Shown here piece after piece: positions 18,932-29,345 of a stretch of 64,000 bases of DNA. The notes under the pieces were generated by a model. That model was not told the origin of the DNA and did not search any database. It saw nothing but the letters and a program-made list of their open reading frames with translations. Positions within the stretch are counted from its first letter, which is position 1; every line of letters starts with the position of its first letter. This DNA is from a virus (taxonomy: Duplodnaviria; Caudoviricetes): the IMG/VR virus record IMGVR_UViG_3300015615_000196, positions 128,001 through 192,000 of that record; one strand, written 5' to 3'. Both the position numbers and the translations under genes were made by a program.

Positions 18932-21667
18932 ATGGCAAGCAATTTTGTATTCGTGTCTCCGGGAGTTAAGTTCAAAGAAAGAGACCTTTCATTTGTTTCA
19001 AAAAACGTTGGTTTAACAACCCTTGGTTTGGTCGGTGAGACCCCTAAAGGGCCAGCGTTCCAACCCATCGCAGTTTCAAGCAAAGCGGATTTAACTTCAA
19101 GATTTGGGAGTCAATCAGTTGAAAAGTACCCTAACGGAGATTTGAAGTTCCAACTTCCTTACGTTGCAAACGCATACATGGATGAATCAGACCAGTTAGT
19201 AGTCACCAGATTACTCGGTCTATCGGGTTATCAAGCAGGAACAGCTTGGGGTTTAAGAGTAAGTGCTGGTATTGATCTTTCAACAACTGGCGTTACTTCA
19301 ACCGGAACATCAGTAGCAGCATTCAGTGGTAGCATGTACTTAGGTACACCAATTACTAATGTTGGACAAACTGGAACCATCTTCACAGGTTACACCAAAT
19401 TCAACGCAACACAATTCCAAACAATTGTAAGAGACTTCAAAGTACTCACCCTTTCATTAGGTTCAGGTACTGTTCAAGTAACAGGCACTACAGTAACTGG
19501 TTCTTCACTTTCAGAATTCGAAGGAATGGTATTGGCAGTTGTAAGATCAAGAGCAAATATTGAAGACGTTGTTGACGGTTCACCTGTAACAACCTTCGAT
19601 GCGACTCAACTCCAAATGGTTGCCAACAACACCACACTTGGTGCTGGTGACTTCTTCGGCAAATTTACATTGAGAGCAGGAACTGGTATCACGAACACGG
19701 AAGACTATATCGTGTCGTTGAATCCTGACGGAAGAGAATTCATCACAAACGTACTTGGTGACAAACCAAAAGGTAAGAACACCAAAGTATACGTTGAGTC
19801 AGTATATCCTGACCTTATCAGAAAATTAGACGCTGATGGTGTTGCTTACGGTATAAGCACGTCAATCATCAACGCAACAACAAATACATTCACCGACTAC
19901 CGCGAGTCATTCAAGACTCCTGAAACCCCTTGGGTTGTAAGTGAATTGAGAGGTAACAAAATCGAAAGATTATTCAAGTTTATTTCGATTTCAGACGGTA
20001 ACATGGCTAACCAAGAGATTAAAGTCTCTATCGCCAACATCGATCCGATCTCAAGAGAGTTCGACATCGTTGTTCGTGACTTCTATGATACTGATGCGAA
20101 CGTAAACGTTCTTGAGTCATTCACTCGTTGCTCAATGCAAAAGGGATTGACCAACTACATCGGTGCTCGTGTTGGTACTGCTGATGGTGAGTTCACTATT
20201 CAAAGCAACTACTTCGTAGTTGAAATTGATTCAAACGCTCCGGGCGATTCGTTCCCTGCTGGTTTCGAAGGTTACGTAGTCTTCGATTGGGCAAGTGGTT
20301 CAACTGGTTCAGGAGTAAACGGTCAATCACCTGAAATTCTTTACAAGACTGGTTACACAGCATCTGATAGAGTTAACCGAGTTTACTTGGGTATTTCTGA
20401 AAGAGCATTTGATGCAAACGGTTTAGTTGGTACAGGTATCGACCAGAACTTCTACAACTACAACGGACTTGACATTAGCGCAAGCAACGGTAACGCACCG
20501 TCTGGCTATATCAAGACCAAAGGTTATCACTTAGATTCAGCAGCAACTGGCTCAAGCTATGTTGATGGATTGAATGTAATTGGATCATTCGTAGTTGGTG
20601 CTGCATCTTTCCAGACTGCAAGTGATGTAACTAACCCATCAAATCCTTACAGCAACAAAGCTGCACGTAAGTTTACATTCGCACCTTACGGTGGTTTCGA
20701 TGGTTGGAACGAACACAGATTCGTAAGAAGTATCACAGACCTTTACAAGAAAGGTGGTATCTATGATGGTGTTCCAGCAGGTGCAACTCCGAACAACGAT
20801 TACCAAGCATGGGAATTGGGTGTTGCAACATTCCAGAACAGTGAGGAAGTTACGATCAACGTATTTGCAACTCCGGGTATCAATTGGAGTGACAACATCG
20901 GCCTCGTAAACGAAACAATCGAAATGATCGAACAGAAGAGAGCAGACTCGTTGTATATCATCGATGCTCCTGATGTTGAAGATTCTCCTTCAATGGCAGA
21001 TGATCTTGTCGATCTTCTTGACAGCACAGACATTGATTCAAACTACAGTGCAACATTTGCACCTTGGGTTCAAATCAAAGACTCTATCAATAACCAGAAC
21101 GTATACATCCCGCCTACCGCAGAAGTTGTGAAGTCAATTGCCTTCACTGACAATATCAAGTTCCCTTGGTTTGCACCTGCTGGTTTGCAGAGAGGCGTTA
21201 CTGACGCGATCAGAGCAAGAAGAAAACTTTCTCTTGATGAAAGAGACACATTGTACGCAGGTCGTATCAACCCTATGGCAACATTCGCTGATACTGGCGT
21301 AGCAATCTTCGGTCAAAAGACATTGCAGAAGAAAGAGTCTGCTCTTGACAGAATCAACGTAAGAAGACTGTTGTTACAGTTGAGAGTGTTGATCTCTAAC
21401 ATCGCAGTAAGATTACTTTTCGAACAGAACGATCAAACTACAATCGATGAATTCTTAGCAAAGGTTAATCCAATCTTGGAAACCGTTAAGAGAGAAAGAG
21501 GACTTGAAGACTTCAAGGTTGTAATGGATAGTTCAAATAATACTCCTGAAACAAGAGACAGAAATGAATTGTATGGTGAAATCTTCATCAAGCCTACCAA
21601 GGCAGTTGAATTTATCGGTTTGACCTTTACGATTACTCCTTCTGGTGCTTCTTTCGATAATATCTAA
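18932..21667 (+). CDS. Tail sheath protein (gp18-like)
   Basis: FVSPGVKFKERD start; PWFAPAGLQRG, INP, GQKTLQ, DRINVRRLL, FEQND. Confidence 0.96.
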   Translation: MASNFVFVSPGVKFKERDLSFVSKNVGLTTLGLVGETPKGPAFQPIAVSSKADLTSRFGSQSVEKYPNGDLKFQLPYVANAYMDESDQLVVTRLLGLSGYQAGTAWGLRVSAGIDLSTTGVTSTGTSVAAFSGSMYLGTPITNVGQTGTIFTGYTKFNATQFQTIVRDFKVLTLSLGSGTVQVTGTTVTGSSLSEFEGMVLAVVRSRANIEDVVDGSPVTTFDATQLQMVANNTTLGAGDFFGKFTLRAGTGITNTEDYIVSLNPDGREFITNVLGDKPKGKNTKVYVESVYPDLIRKLDADGVAYGISTSIINATTNTFTDYRESFKTPETPWVVSELRGNKIERLFKFISISDGNMANQEIKVSIANIDPISREFDIVVRDFYDTDANVNVLESFTRCSMQKGLTNYIGARVGTADGEFTIQSNYFVVEIDSNAPGDSFPAGFEGYVVFDWASGSTGSGVNGQSPEILYKTGYTASDRVNRVYLGISERAFDANGLVGTGIDQNFYNYNGLDISASNGNAPSGYIKTKGYHLDSAATGSSYVDGLNVIGSFVVGAASFQTASDVTNPSNPYSNKAARKFTFAPYGGFDGWNEHRFVRSITDLYKKGGIYDGVPAGATPNNDYQAWELGVATFQNSEEVTINVFATPGINWSDNIGLVNETIEMIEQKRADSLYIIDAPDVEDSPSMADDLVDLLDSTDIDSNYSATFAPWVQIKDSINNQNVYIPPTAEVVKSIAFTDNIKFPWFAPAGLQRGVTDAIRARRKLSLDERDTLYAGRINPMATFADTGVAIFGQKTLQKKESALDRINVRRLLLQLRVLISNIAVRLLFEQNDQTTIDEFLAKVNPILETVKRERGLEDFKVVMDSSNNTPETRDRNELYGEIFIKPTKAVEFIGLTFTITPSGASFDNI

Positions 21668-21721
21668 AATGGTAGTATTTATCAGAAAAGCAATAACATT
21701 AAAGTTTTGAACTAAAAAATA

Positions 21722-22210
21722 ATGGCAGAATTACTCAGAGGTATCCCGGTTGACTTTGAACCTAAAAGAAAGAACCGATTCGTATTAGAGTTCCCTACTG
21801 AACTTGGGATCGAATCGTGGAAAGTCCAGACCGTTACCAGACCAAAGTTGGAAATCAACTCTGTTGAAGTTCATTGGATCAACACCGTGAACTATGTAGC
21901 AGGTAAAGGTAAGTGGCAACCAATCGACATCGAATTTATCGATACGCAAGGCCCATCTACTTCTACTGAATTGATGGAATGGGTTCGTCTTGAATTCGAA
22001 TCGTTGACTGGTCGTATGGGTTATGCAGCAGGATACAAGAAGACACTCATTTTGAAAGCACTTGACCCAACTGGTGTTGAAGTTGAAAAGTGGGAATTGA
22101 GAGAGTGTATGATCACCAACGTAGAGTTCGGTGAAAACTCACAAGAAGATGATGGATTGCAAACCGTAAAAATCACGGTACAACCATTCATGTGTATCCT
22201 CAACTACTAA
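21722..22210 (+). CDS. Tail tube protein (gp19-like)
   Basis: EPKRKNRF, GYAAGYKK, LDPTGVEVEKW; follows the sheath gene. Confidence 0.92.
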   Translation: MAELLRGIPVDFEPKRKNRFVLEFPTELGIESWKVQTVTRPKLEINSVEVHWINTVNYVAGKGKWQPIDIEFIDTQGPSTSTELMEWVRLEFESLTGRMGYAAGYKKTLILKALDPTGVEVEKWELRECMITNVEFGENSQEDDGLQTVKITVQPFMCILNY

Positions 22211-22245
22211 TAGCCTTTTTTACCTTAGAAGGATTAGTTATAGAC

Positions 22246-22277
22246 AAAAAAAGACCGCTTCGCTGGCGGTCTTTTTT
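22246..22277. terminator. Bidirectional intrinsic terminator
   Basis: AAAAAAAGACCGCT-TCGC-TGGCGGTCTTTTTT. Confidence 0.88.
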
Positions 22278-22295
22278 ATTTACGGTAGGTTTCGA

Positions 22296-22535
22296 TTAAG
22301 CCATTGTGTACTTAACGACCTTCGTGCCTTTCTGGTTCACGATGTTCGTCTTGATGTTGGTGTAGCCGTCATTCAAGCGAAGATCAGAAATTGTCGCTCT
22401 CAAGTTTTCAACTCCGAAACGAGTTCTTGCAGTTTCGTAAGTGAGCGTCTTACCAGCTTTCAAAGCACTCAATACTTGAGCCTTCTTTGCGGTCTTCGTT
22501 TTACCCGTGTTCTTTGTCGTCTTAGTTTTTGACAT
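22296..22535 (-). CDS. Small basic winged-HTH DNA-binding protein
   Basis: VLSALKAGKTLT...ARTRFGVENLRATISDLR...GY. Confidence 0.7.
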   Translation of the reverse strand: MSKTKTTKNTGKTKTAKKAQVLSALKAGKTLTYETARTRFGVENLRATISDLRLNDGYTNIKTNIVNQKGTKVVKYTMA

Positions 22536-22599
22536 AGTAGTAAATGTTAAAATGAAGTTATGAACTGTAAATATAAGGCTAAAATCTGGAATTCCAAAT

Positions 22600-23331
22600 T
22601 TATCGCTCTAATTGTTCTTGAGAATATACCGTTAATTTTGACCAGTCGGCATCAAAAATTTCATCAGCCAGACCAAAGTCAACGGCCTCTTTTGCAGTAA
22701 GATATACGTCCTCTTCTTTGTCCATACGATTACGGAGCCACTTCTTTATTTGAATCTGGCTCTTGTCTTTCATACTTCCACCGAATTTCATTGATCGGGC
22801 GTAGATGTCCAACATGGTTTTTTCAGCCAGTTTATCAAACTTGACGGCTGATCGTACTTGCTTTACCGTACCCTCAATGCCCATTGTCCCGTCATGGAAC
22901 AGGAAGTAACTATTGGGCATCATTACCCTCTTATTCCCTGCTTGAAAGATCAACGATGACATTGATCGTGCATGGCTGTAGTTGAGGATGGTTACAGGCC
23001 AAGGGAATGATCGAATAGCATCATAGATCGCCATACCTTCCGTCCAATCTCCCCCACATGTTTTCATATGGATCACCAATGGTATCTCAGGATTCACACG
23101 CATACAAACGTTTAGGTTTCTGATGAATCGGTTTGCCATTACAAACTCCACACCCGGTTCATTTGTTTCTTGATGACCTACTCCTGTTATGTACGACTCA
23201 ATACCGAAAAGGTAAATATGATTCGATTTTAAATCAAGGTCGCCCTCCAAAACGTAGTAGAGAGGATCGTCCTGTTTAAACTTCAACTTATGGTCTAACT
23301 TATAGTTTTTTTCTTCTTTGCTTCTTCCCAT
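22600..23331 (-). CDS. ClpP-like serine protease
   Basis: TCGGDWTEGMAIYDAI, ARSMSS (Ser), FLFHDG (His), YLTAKEAVDFGLADEI. Confidence 0.9.
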   Translation of the reverse strand: MGRSKEEKNYKLDHKLKFKQDDPLYYVLEGDLDLKSNHIYLFGIESYITGVGHQETNEPGVEFVMANRFIRNLNVCMRVNPEIPLVIHMKTCGGDWTEGMAIYDAIRSFPWPVTILNYSHARSMSSLIFQAGNKRVMMPNSYFLFHDGTMGIEGTVKQVRSAVKFDKLAEKTMLDIYARSMKFGGSMKDKSQIQIKKWLRNRMDKEEDVYLTAKEAVDFGLADEIFDADWSKLTVYSQEQLER

Positions 23332-23332
23332 G

Positions 23333-24163
23333 TTAAAATGCTCTTGACATAATCATGTTAACTTCGTTGCTGTAGTCATCACATGGAATAATCTGGTAGT
23401 TCTCGTTAACCTCATTGAACCACACGATGTAGCAACCATCGATTTTAATTCCTATATTCCGCTCAAGAATTCTTTTGTATGTCGTTAACTGTAAGCAGTA
23501 GATACTGTATTCACAGTCCGGCAAGTGGGATACGATCCCTTTCAAATTCTTTCGGAACTTGCTTTCCTTATTGAGTTCCTTGTTCGTCTTCCAATCCCAT
23601 ACTTGAAAACATTGCTTCTTCACATTCCAGAAAAGAATGTCCATCATCCCTGCCAATTCCCACTCTTCATCGAAGACAACGAATTCAGTTTTGATCGGAA
23701 TCAGTTTTCCGTTTGTGTCAGCGTGAAACTTGTCAACGTATTTTATTACGATGTCGTATTCCTCTTTCACAGTTTTCTCGCCACGAGATTTCAGAATGTC
23801 AATGTTTTCCTTCCCTAACTTTGCATCGGCAAGTTCCGGGTCAAACTTGTACACTTTGTTGTTGAACAGTAGTTCAGCGTAATTGTGCACGGCTGATCCC
23901 TTTACTTGGGACTTAATGTTGAGGGCTTTCCAATACGCAAGAACTTGATCCTGCGTCATCTTCAATTCACCTTTCTTGATGTTCGACCAATAGTATTCAT
24001 CGAATTCTTCTTGGTACTTATGTAACATCGTAGTCACCGAAATTAAGTTCTTGTCGCCCACAAAGTATTTGTGAACATCATCATGAAACTTGATTCCGTT
24101 GAACTTAGTAAATAATTCCATCGGGATTGGAACACCAGTCCAATCACTTCGCAATTCACCCAT
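23333..24163 (-). CDS. PD-(D/E)XK (Cas4-like) exonuclease
   Basis: ISVTT, GSAVH, AGMMD, VWDWKT, YCLQLTTY. Confidence 0.85.
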   Translation of the reverse strand: MGELRSDWTGVPIPMELFTKFNGIKFHDDVHKYFVGDKNLISVTTMLHKYQEEFDEYYWSNIKKGELKMTQDQVLAYWKALNIKSQVKGSAVHNYAELLFNNKVYKFDPELADAKLGKENIDILKSRGEKTVKEEYDIVIKYVDKFHADTNGKLIPIKTEFVVFDEEWELAGMMDILFWNVKKQCFQVWDWKTNKELNKESKFRKNLKGIVSHLPDCEYSIYCLQLTTYKRILERNIGIKIDGCYIVWFNEVNENYQIIPCDDYSNEVNMIMSRAF

Positions 24164-24175
24164 TTAGCAAATATA

Positions 24176-25078
24176 TTAATTAATCCTGATATTTGGCTGC
24201 AAAATCTTCGAAAAATCAATGTTTTGTAACTGATTGATTATACCTGACTTATCTGCCGGAAGACCAGAATATCCGTGTATGTGTTGGAGAATGGCATCAC
24301 GTATAACCTCAAGGGCTTCTACTGCAAGGTCGCCACGCATCATTGGGTGACCCTCGTTAAAAATACGATCCATGTCCGTTTTCTCTAACCCATTTGACTT
24401 GAACTTAGGGATACCGTCATGTGATAGTAACGCAATCTTATCAGCCATCATCACGGATGTGCTTAGTGTTGTTTTTGTATTGTTGTTGTTTGGTAGCTGG
24501 AAAAAATTCATTTGGAGGAACGCAGGATTCTCTTTGTTCAATGCCAAAATGTTGTCGATTTGGTGTTTACCAGCACGGATTAACACCTCTTTATCTTTTA
24601 ATAAAACGTCCGTGTTCTTTCTCCCTACAAGGGCAATGTCTTCGTTGTCCGGGAATACTCCGATAGCGTCCGGGATAGAAGACGGGTTCTTGTCAGGATT
24701 GACAACAGAAACGTTTGTAGTTGCTAATGCTGTGAAGTAACCATCGTAAGGAATTTTGTGTGGTTGTGAGATTACACTTCCAATCCAATGTCTTCCTCTT
24801 TGAGGGTAGCGAGTATCTTCAAGGAAAATACGAACAACCTCTCCTACCTGTGGAAGTATCCAAAAATGCTTTGGAAGCATCGGCATTGCCAATGGAAGTT
24901 GGGCATCGTTTGTTTTAGTATCCAAGTCAGGAATACGTGCTGCAATACGACCACCTTCGGCAGTATCGACAATACTAACCACCTCACCGTAGTAGACGTT
25001 TCTAACCGGATTCTCTTTGTTAGTTTGCTTCTTGTACGGGTTACTGGTCTGAATGTAATGTTTGTCGTAGCCGTTCAT
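24176..25078 (-). CDS. Baseplate spike/hub protein (gp5/gpV OB-fold)
   Basis: GEVVSIVD...GRIAARIPDLD...LPQVGEVV...WIGS; C-terminal HIH. Confidence 0.8.
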   Translation of the reverse strand: MNGYDKHYIQTSNPYKKQTNKENPVRNVYYGEVVSIVDTAEGGRIAARIPDLDTKTNDAQLPLAMPMLPKHFWILPQVGEVVRIFLEDTRYPQRGRHWIGSVISQPHKIPYDGYFTALATTNVSVVNPDKNPSSIPDAIGVFPDNEDIALVGRKNTDVLLKDKEVLIRAGKHQIDNILALNKENPAFLQMNFFQLPNNNNTKTTLSTSVMMADKIALLSHDGIPKFKSNGLEKTDMDRIFNEGHPMMRGDLAVEALEVIRDAILQHIHGYSGLPADKSGIINQLQNIDFSKILQPNIRIN

Positions 25079-25278
25079 TAGTCAATGATGTTTTTTAGGT
25101 TCGCAGCGTATTGCTCTTCAATGTTATAAAGTTCTTGTTCAAGAGTATTGTATTGCTCTTCAAGTATCTTGTTTGCTTCAACGATCTTGAGCATTTCATT
25201 CTTTACTTGTTCGTGACGATCCTGCAACGACTTTGAAATCTTGAGATATTCTTCTTTGCTTACTTTTACTTCTTCCAT
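25078..25278 (-). CDS. Small coiled-coil protein
   Basis: 66 aa, coupled to its neighbours. Confidence 0.6.
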   Translation of the reverse strand: MEEVKVSKEEYLKISKSLQDRHEQVKNEMLKIVEANKILEEQYNTLEQELYNIEEQYAANLKNIID

Positions 25279-25280
25279 AG

Positions 25281-25688
25281 TTACTGAATTACACCGTAGG
25301 CGGTCGTTAATGTGATGGTTGAACCAATAACGTTTACTGGCCCCGAAGGTGAAGAACCAGCAGCCGTAAGGGTTGTACCCGGTGGTACGGCAACAGTGAT
25401 CTTTGCATCTTCTTGAAGTGCTTTGATTATCTCTTCAACACGGATACGCTCCATAAGTTCATCTGGACTCACTCCACCGCTCGGCAATGCACCAACAGGA
25501 AGACCAGCTTCGGTCTTACGCTGAATAATACGGCTTGCAATCTTGGTAGGTGATAGTCCTGATCTGGTCGGTGAACCAATCAAAATCAAAGGTGTAGGCA
25601 CGGTCGTAGCCGACCCACCTTGAATCTTCAAGATTTTCTTGATACCGTTGAGTATAGATGTGAACTTACTAAAGTCGATTTCTGCCAT
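25281..25688 (-). CDS. Putative baseplate-associated protein
   Basis: 135 aa, in the operon with the gp5-like gene. Confidence 0.55.
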   Translation of the reverse strand: MAEIDFSKFTSILNGIKKILKIQGGSATTVPTPLILIGSPTRSGLSPTKIASRIIQRKTEAGLPVGALPSGGVSPDELMERIRVEEIIKALQEDAKITVAVPPGTTLTAAGSSPSGPVNVIGSTITLTTAYGVIQ

Positions 25689-25694
25689 ACTCTT

Positions 25695-26999
25695 TTAGAA
25701 CAAACTTTGGATGATGCGAATAAACGCTTGTAATTTCTCTTGAACAATGATCGTTACCACAGGGATAACCAACTTGATCAATTCAGCCTTGAGAAGGTTG
25801 AATATAAACTCATTCACTAAAGCCCCCGAAGCGTCTGACAAACACTTGATAAAGTTCTTTTGCGAGTTAATGTCATCGGCAGGGTTGTGAGGGAAGTTAA
25901 CGTTGTCGTTGTTTTTGAAACCATTGAGCATCATCATCAAAACACGGATTTGCGGTGTTGATGTTAATGCAAAAACAATGGCTGCGGTGATTGTCTTGAT
26001 TAGTCTCTTAAAGAAGCCATCACGTACAGCATTCTTGTTTTGTGGATTTACTTGTGCTGGATTCTTGCCGAAACTTTTCTCCATCAAATTATTGTAGGAG
26101 TTACCAACCTGAACTGGATCGGTGCTACCCGTATTTGTTCTAATTAAGTCTTCAATGTCGGATAATGAAATATCGCTATCAATGATAGAACAACCAACAT
26201 CCACAGGAACAAGACCAAGTGATTTATTCTTGGCAAGTTCTTGAAGTGCTGCAAGTTCATCATCACTCAATACTGCGGTGTCATCACCTTCAATAAGTTT
26301 TTGAATAAGTGCACGAATCTTCTCTTCCTCTGCCATTGAGTTCAATGGTTTCTTCGAACCTTTTGAGGCAGTGCCGTAGATCGTATCCAATACGGTTGTA
26401 GTAAATTCTTTCTCGTCAATCAACTTGAGGTCGGGATGATCAATATAACCCGTCACGAATGATCCAATGGTCTGTGAAGGGTTGAGGGGTTTAACAGTCA
26501 TCTTATCAAGTGCACTGTCGTAGTTCATCTTAATGTTACCGAAGGTTACATCCGTTCCCGGACTTACCATTGCATCGTATGCTTTCTTGTCAAATCCTGC
26601 TGGTGAATCAGCGTAGAGCAATGATCCAGATGCCGATGCAGGATCGGTCTTTAACTTATTAAAAAGGTCTATCTTCTTTACGGGCACGGCATATCCAGAA
26701 GCAAAGCCAGAAGGTAGCGTTGCATTTGAATTGAATGTTACCGATTGTTTTTTGAGGTTGGTCTTGAGATCGGGTTCTACTGTACGAACGAACTTCGTCA
26801 TCACATTTCCTGTTGTTCGTTGCAATGCCTCACTACCGATGGTAGCGGTAAGCAAATCGAGCATGAATGGGACTGGTTCGTTTTTTGTGTTTACAGATGG
26901 GTACGTAAAATTTGGATCGGGTAGCTTGGCAGTTTTGCCAATTGAATTCATAACCCCGATGTCAGTAACAATGGATTGTTTGTCATTTACGATACTCAT
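25695..26999 (-). CDS. Hypothetical (probably virion) protein
   Basis: 434 aa; first gene after structured leader copy 1. Confidence 0.65.
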   Translation of the reverse strand: MSIVNDKQSIVTDIGVMNSIGKTAKLPDPNFTYPSVNTKNEPVPFMLDLLTATIGSEALQRTTGNVMTKFVRTVEPDLKTNLKKQSVTFNSNATLPSGFASGYAVPVKKIDLFNKLKTDPASASGSLLYADSPAGFDKKAYDAMVSPGTDVTFGNIKMNYDSALDKMTVKPLNPSQTIGSFVTGYIDHPDLKLIDEKEFTTTVLDTIYGTASKGSKKPLNSMAEEEKIRALIQKLIEGDDTAVLSDDELAALQELAKNKSLGLVPVDVGCSIIDSDISLSDIEDLIRTNTGSTDPVQVGNSYNNLMEKSFGKNPAQVNPQNKNAVRDGFFKRLIKTITAAIVFALTSTPQIRVLMMMLNGFKNNDNVNFPHNPADDINSQKNFIKCLSDASGALVNEFIFNLLKAELIKLVIPVVTIIVQEKLQAFIRIIQSLF

Positions 27000-27136
27000 T
27001 TTGTTGTGACTATTTTAGTATTAAAATATTAGCGAGAGTTATAATATGTGCGACAATTGCACATTATTAACCAAGGTCATAACCTCACCTTTGCGTTTCA
27101 TCCCATAGCGGGAGTGTTTAACACAACTAACACTTA
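27000..27136 (-). promoter_or_regulatory. Riboswitch-like structured 5' leader, copy 1
   Basis: 56 bp (27081-27136) identical to 32818-32873; covarying P3 stem; ends CACAACAAA-ATG. Confidence 0.75.
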
Positions 27137-27151
27137 ACTTTTTTAATGTTA

Positions 27152-27544
27152 TTATATCTGTATTTCACCACGTTCTCTGGCTTCCTGAATCAATTGTCTC
27201 AACTTATCTTTCGAATCGTCTGACAATGTTTCGGTTGCATCTGCTGTTTTAGATGATGATGTTTTACCTTGTCCACTGGCTCCTTTATCCTTAAAGACAA
27301 TATCACTCAACACTTTCATTAACGTAATTTTCTGGTCTTGGTTTCTTGCAAGAGCATTGATAAGTGCAACGATCTCTTTACCAGTAGCTGCGATTTCACC
27401 TTGTTCCTTTACCTTCGAATTCCAGTTGTTGAACAATGCAATGATCGTTGATCTGATTTGATGTGCATCATTGTATGTCTCCTGCATTAAAGACTTAACG
27501 CTTTCTTCGTTGATTTCAATCTGTTTTCTCTTAATACGTGCCAT
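27152..27544 (-). CDS. Hypothetical helical protein
   Basis: Start MARIKRK downstream of late-like CTATTTAT (27561-27568, minus). Confidence 0.65.
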   Translation of the reverse strand: MARIKRKQIEINEESVKSLMQETYNDAHQIRSTIIALFNNWNSKVKEQGEIAATGKEIVALINALARNQDQKITLMKVLSDIVFKDKGASGQGKTSSSKTADATETLSDDSKDKLRQLIQEARERGEIQI

Positions 27545-27580
27545 ATTCTTAGTTTTGCTAATAAATAGTTCAGGCAAGAA

Positions 27581-28474
27581 TTAATTTTCGTTGAAAAAGC
27601 CGTTCTTTTCAAGGAAATAGAGTTCTCTGAATTGCTTCATCGAAGAACGTATCTCTTTGGTTGTGAGGCTGGTTTGTTCTTTCAAATAGAGTAAAATCTT
27701 GTTCTTAGTATAGTTGTTGGAGACCTTTCGGCCATACTTACCGTATGTGCCTTCCTCCAAGAACAGCACGTTCCAATTCAAAAGTACGTTGATAATGGCT
27801 TCACCTACAATGATCTCGTTTTTCTTGAGGGTCTTATCCGTATCGATTTTAACACGAAGACTTTCAATGATCTTGTTGATCAACTCCTGCAACTCAAGGT
27901 CATTGCTGTGATCCATTTCGTACATGTATTCTTCCTTGGTCTCAATTTCTTCATGGAAGTCTTCGAAGGCAAGGTTCTGAATTTTTTCATTGTAGCTTTT
28001 CTTTCCGTGATCACGGAAAAAGTTTCGAACAATGGTTTGGCAGTAGCTGAATGCTTTCGAACTGAATATTCGATAGTTATTCTTGTTGTCACCACTGATG
28101 TAATCCTTCAAACCCTTCTCGGCATCTTCAATGTAGAAGTACTTTCCTTCTGCACCACACTTATTCCACTTATCATCGTCTTCGGCTTTCTTGCTTCTGT
28201 ATTCAATAATAAACGGGCGGTATTTTACCATCTGCTCAATTAAGTGAGAAGTAGCATAGAATTCCAAATCCTCAGTCTCATAGTTACCAATGTGAATAGG
28301 GTAACGTCTGAGAATGGATTCAATCATTCTCTTGAATGGTTTTTGTAGAATATCCTTGTAGAGTTTATTTCGTTCATCATGTGAATTAGTCATCACATAA
28401 CGAAGTGCTGCCTCTTCTTCTCTTTCTGCAAAATATAGTTTTGTGGTATCACTACTTTTCTTTTTTCTTGGCAT
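27581..28474 (-). CDS. Phage late-transcription sigma factor (T4 gp55-like)
   Basis: LYFAEREEEA...RNKLY...KRMIESI...SKAFSYCQTIVRNFF (region 2 motif of gp55-like sigmas). Confidence 0.72.
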   Translation of the reverse strand: MPRKKKSSDTTKLYFAEREEEAALRYVMTNSHDERNKLYKDILQKPFKRMIESILRRYPIHIGNYETEDLEFYATSHLIEQMVKYRPFIIEYRSKKAEDDDKWNKCGAEGKYFYIEDAEKGLKDYISGDNKNNYRIFSSKAFSYCQTIVRNFFRDHGKKSYNEKIQNLAFEDFHEEIETKEEYMYEMDHSNDLELQELINKIIESLRVKIDTDKTLKKNEIIVGEAIINVLLNWNVLFLEEGTYGKYGRKVSNNYTKNKILLYLKEQTSLTTKEIRSSMKQFRELYFLEKNGFFNEN

Positions 28475-28498
28475 ATCATAAACACAGAGAAGATCAGA

Positions 28499-29320
28499 TT
28501 ATTGTTGCACTGGTTCTGCAACTACTGCCTTCCTTGCATCGATGATACGGTCGTTGAAAAAGTGTGATTCCTTCTTTGCGGTTTCAAACCAAAATCTTCT
28601 GTCGTCTTGGGTTAAGATCGCACCAAGTCCCATGAACAAACTTCCATCACGGTTGATGGTGTGCTTGTATCCATACTTCGGAATAACATATATCTTGTTA
28701 CCGTTGTTCAAGAATCTCAAGATGAATTCGTATGAGAACGATAACACGATGTTTGATTTCAAACCACCGACAGCCAAGAAGTCTTGAGTGTTGATAACTG
28801 CACCACCAAGAGTATAGAATGAAAACTCATTCAATGATCTTGAGTTGAGGTATCCCAACACACCGTTTTCTCCAACGTATCCGTTCGACCAGATATTTTG
28901 GTTCACGAGTTGGAGTGGCATACCCGTCTTGTCGTCCGTATCAATTGTGATCGGTAAGAACATAGACACGTCCTTCAACTTCGCAGCATACTTCTCTGCG
29001 TTTCTGAAATAAATGATGCCGTACTCGTCATCAAATTCAAGAATAGAGAAATACTTTGTCTTCACGCTCTTTGCAGCGAAAGTGATTTGACCACAGAAGT
29101 CAGTCTTCTCTTCGTTCTTCAACGTAGTAACACGTTCTCCGTAGTTTCTTTCTGCAAGGTAATTCAACAACCCGCCTTCTTCGGCTCTGTGGCTGTATAC
29201 GATTAGTAACTCAGGAGTTGCATCCACCTGCTTCATGAGTGAGTTGATGGCCAAGTCTAAGTACTTCTCAGTACCTTCAATAAATTCGTGGATTGGCAAT
29301 ATTGCTGTGATATTATTCAT
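28499..29320 (-). CDS. Glycosyltransferase family 2-like
   Basis: ITAILPIH, FSILEFDD (DxD-like), YEFILR. Confidence 0.75.
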   Translation of the reverse strand: MNNITAILPIHEFIEGTEKYLDLAINSLMKQVDATPELLIVYSHRAEEGGLLNYLAERNYGERVTTLKNEEKTDFCGQITFAAKSVKTKYFSILEFDDEYGIIYFRNAEKYAAKLKDVSMFLPITIDTDDKTGMPLQLVNQNIWSNGYVGENGVLGYLNSRSLNEFSFYTLGGAVINTQDFLAVGGLKSNIVLSFSYEFILRFLNNGNKIYVIPKYGYKHTINRDGSLFMGLGAILTQDDRRFWFETAKKESHFFNDRIIDARKAVVAEPVQQ

Positions 29321-29345
29321 TTTCTTATTTAAGTTTTAGGTTGAA

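Noticed and set aside
23333-24163. Cas4-like nuclease as a sign of a CRISPR system
   Set aside because: No repeat-spacer array or other cas genes were seen; solo PD-(D/E)XK nucleases are common in phages
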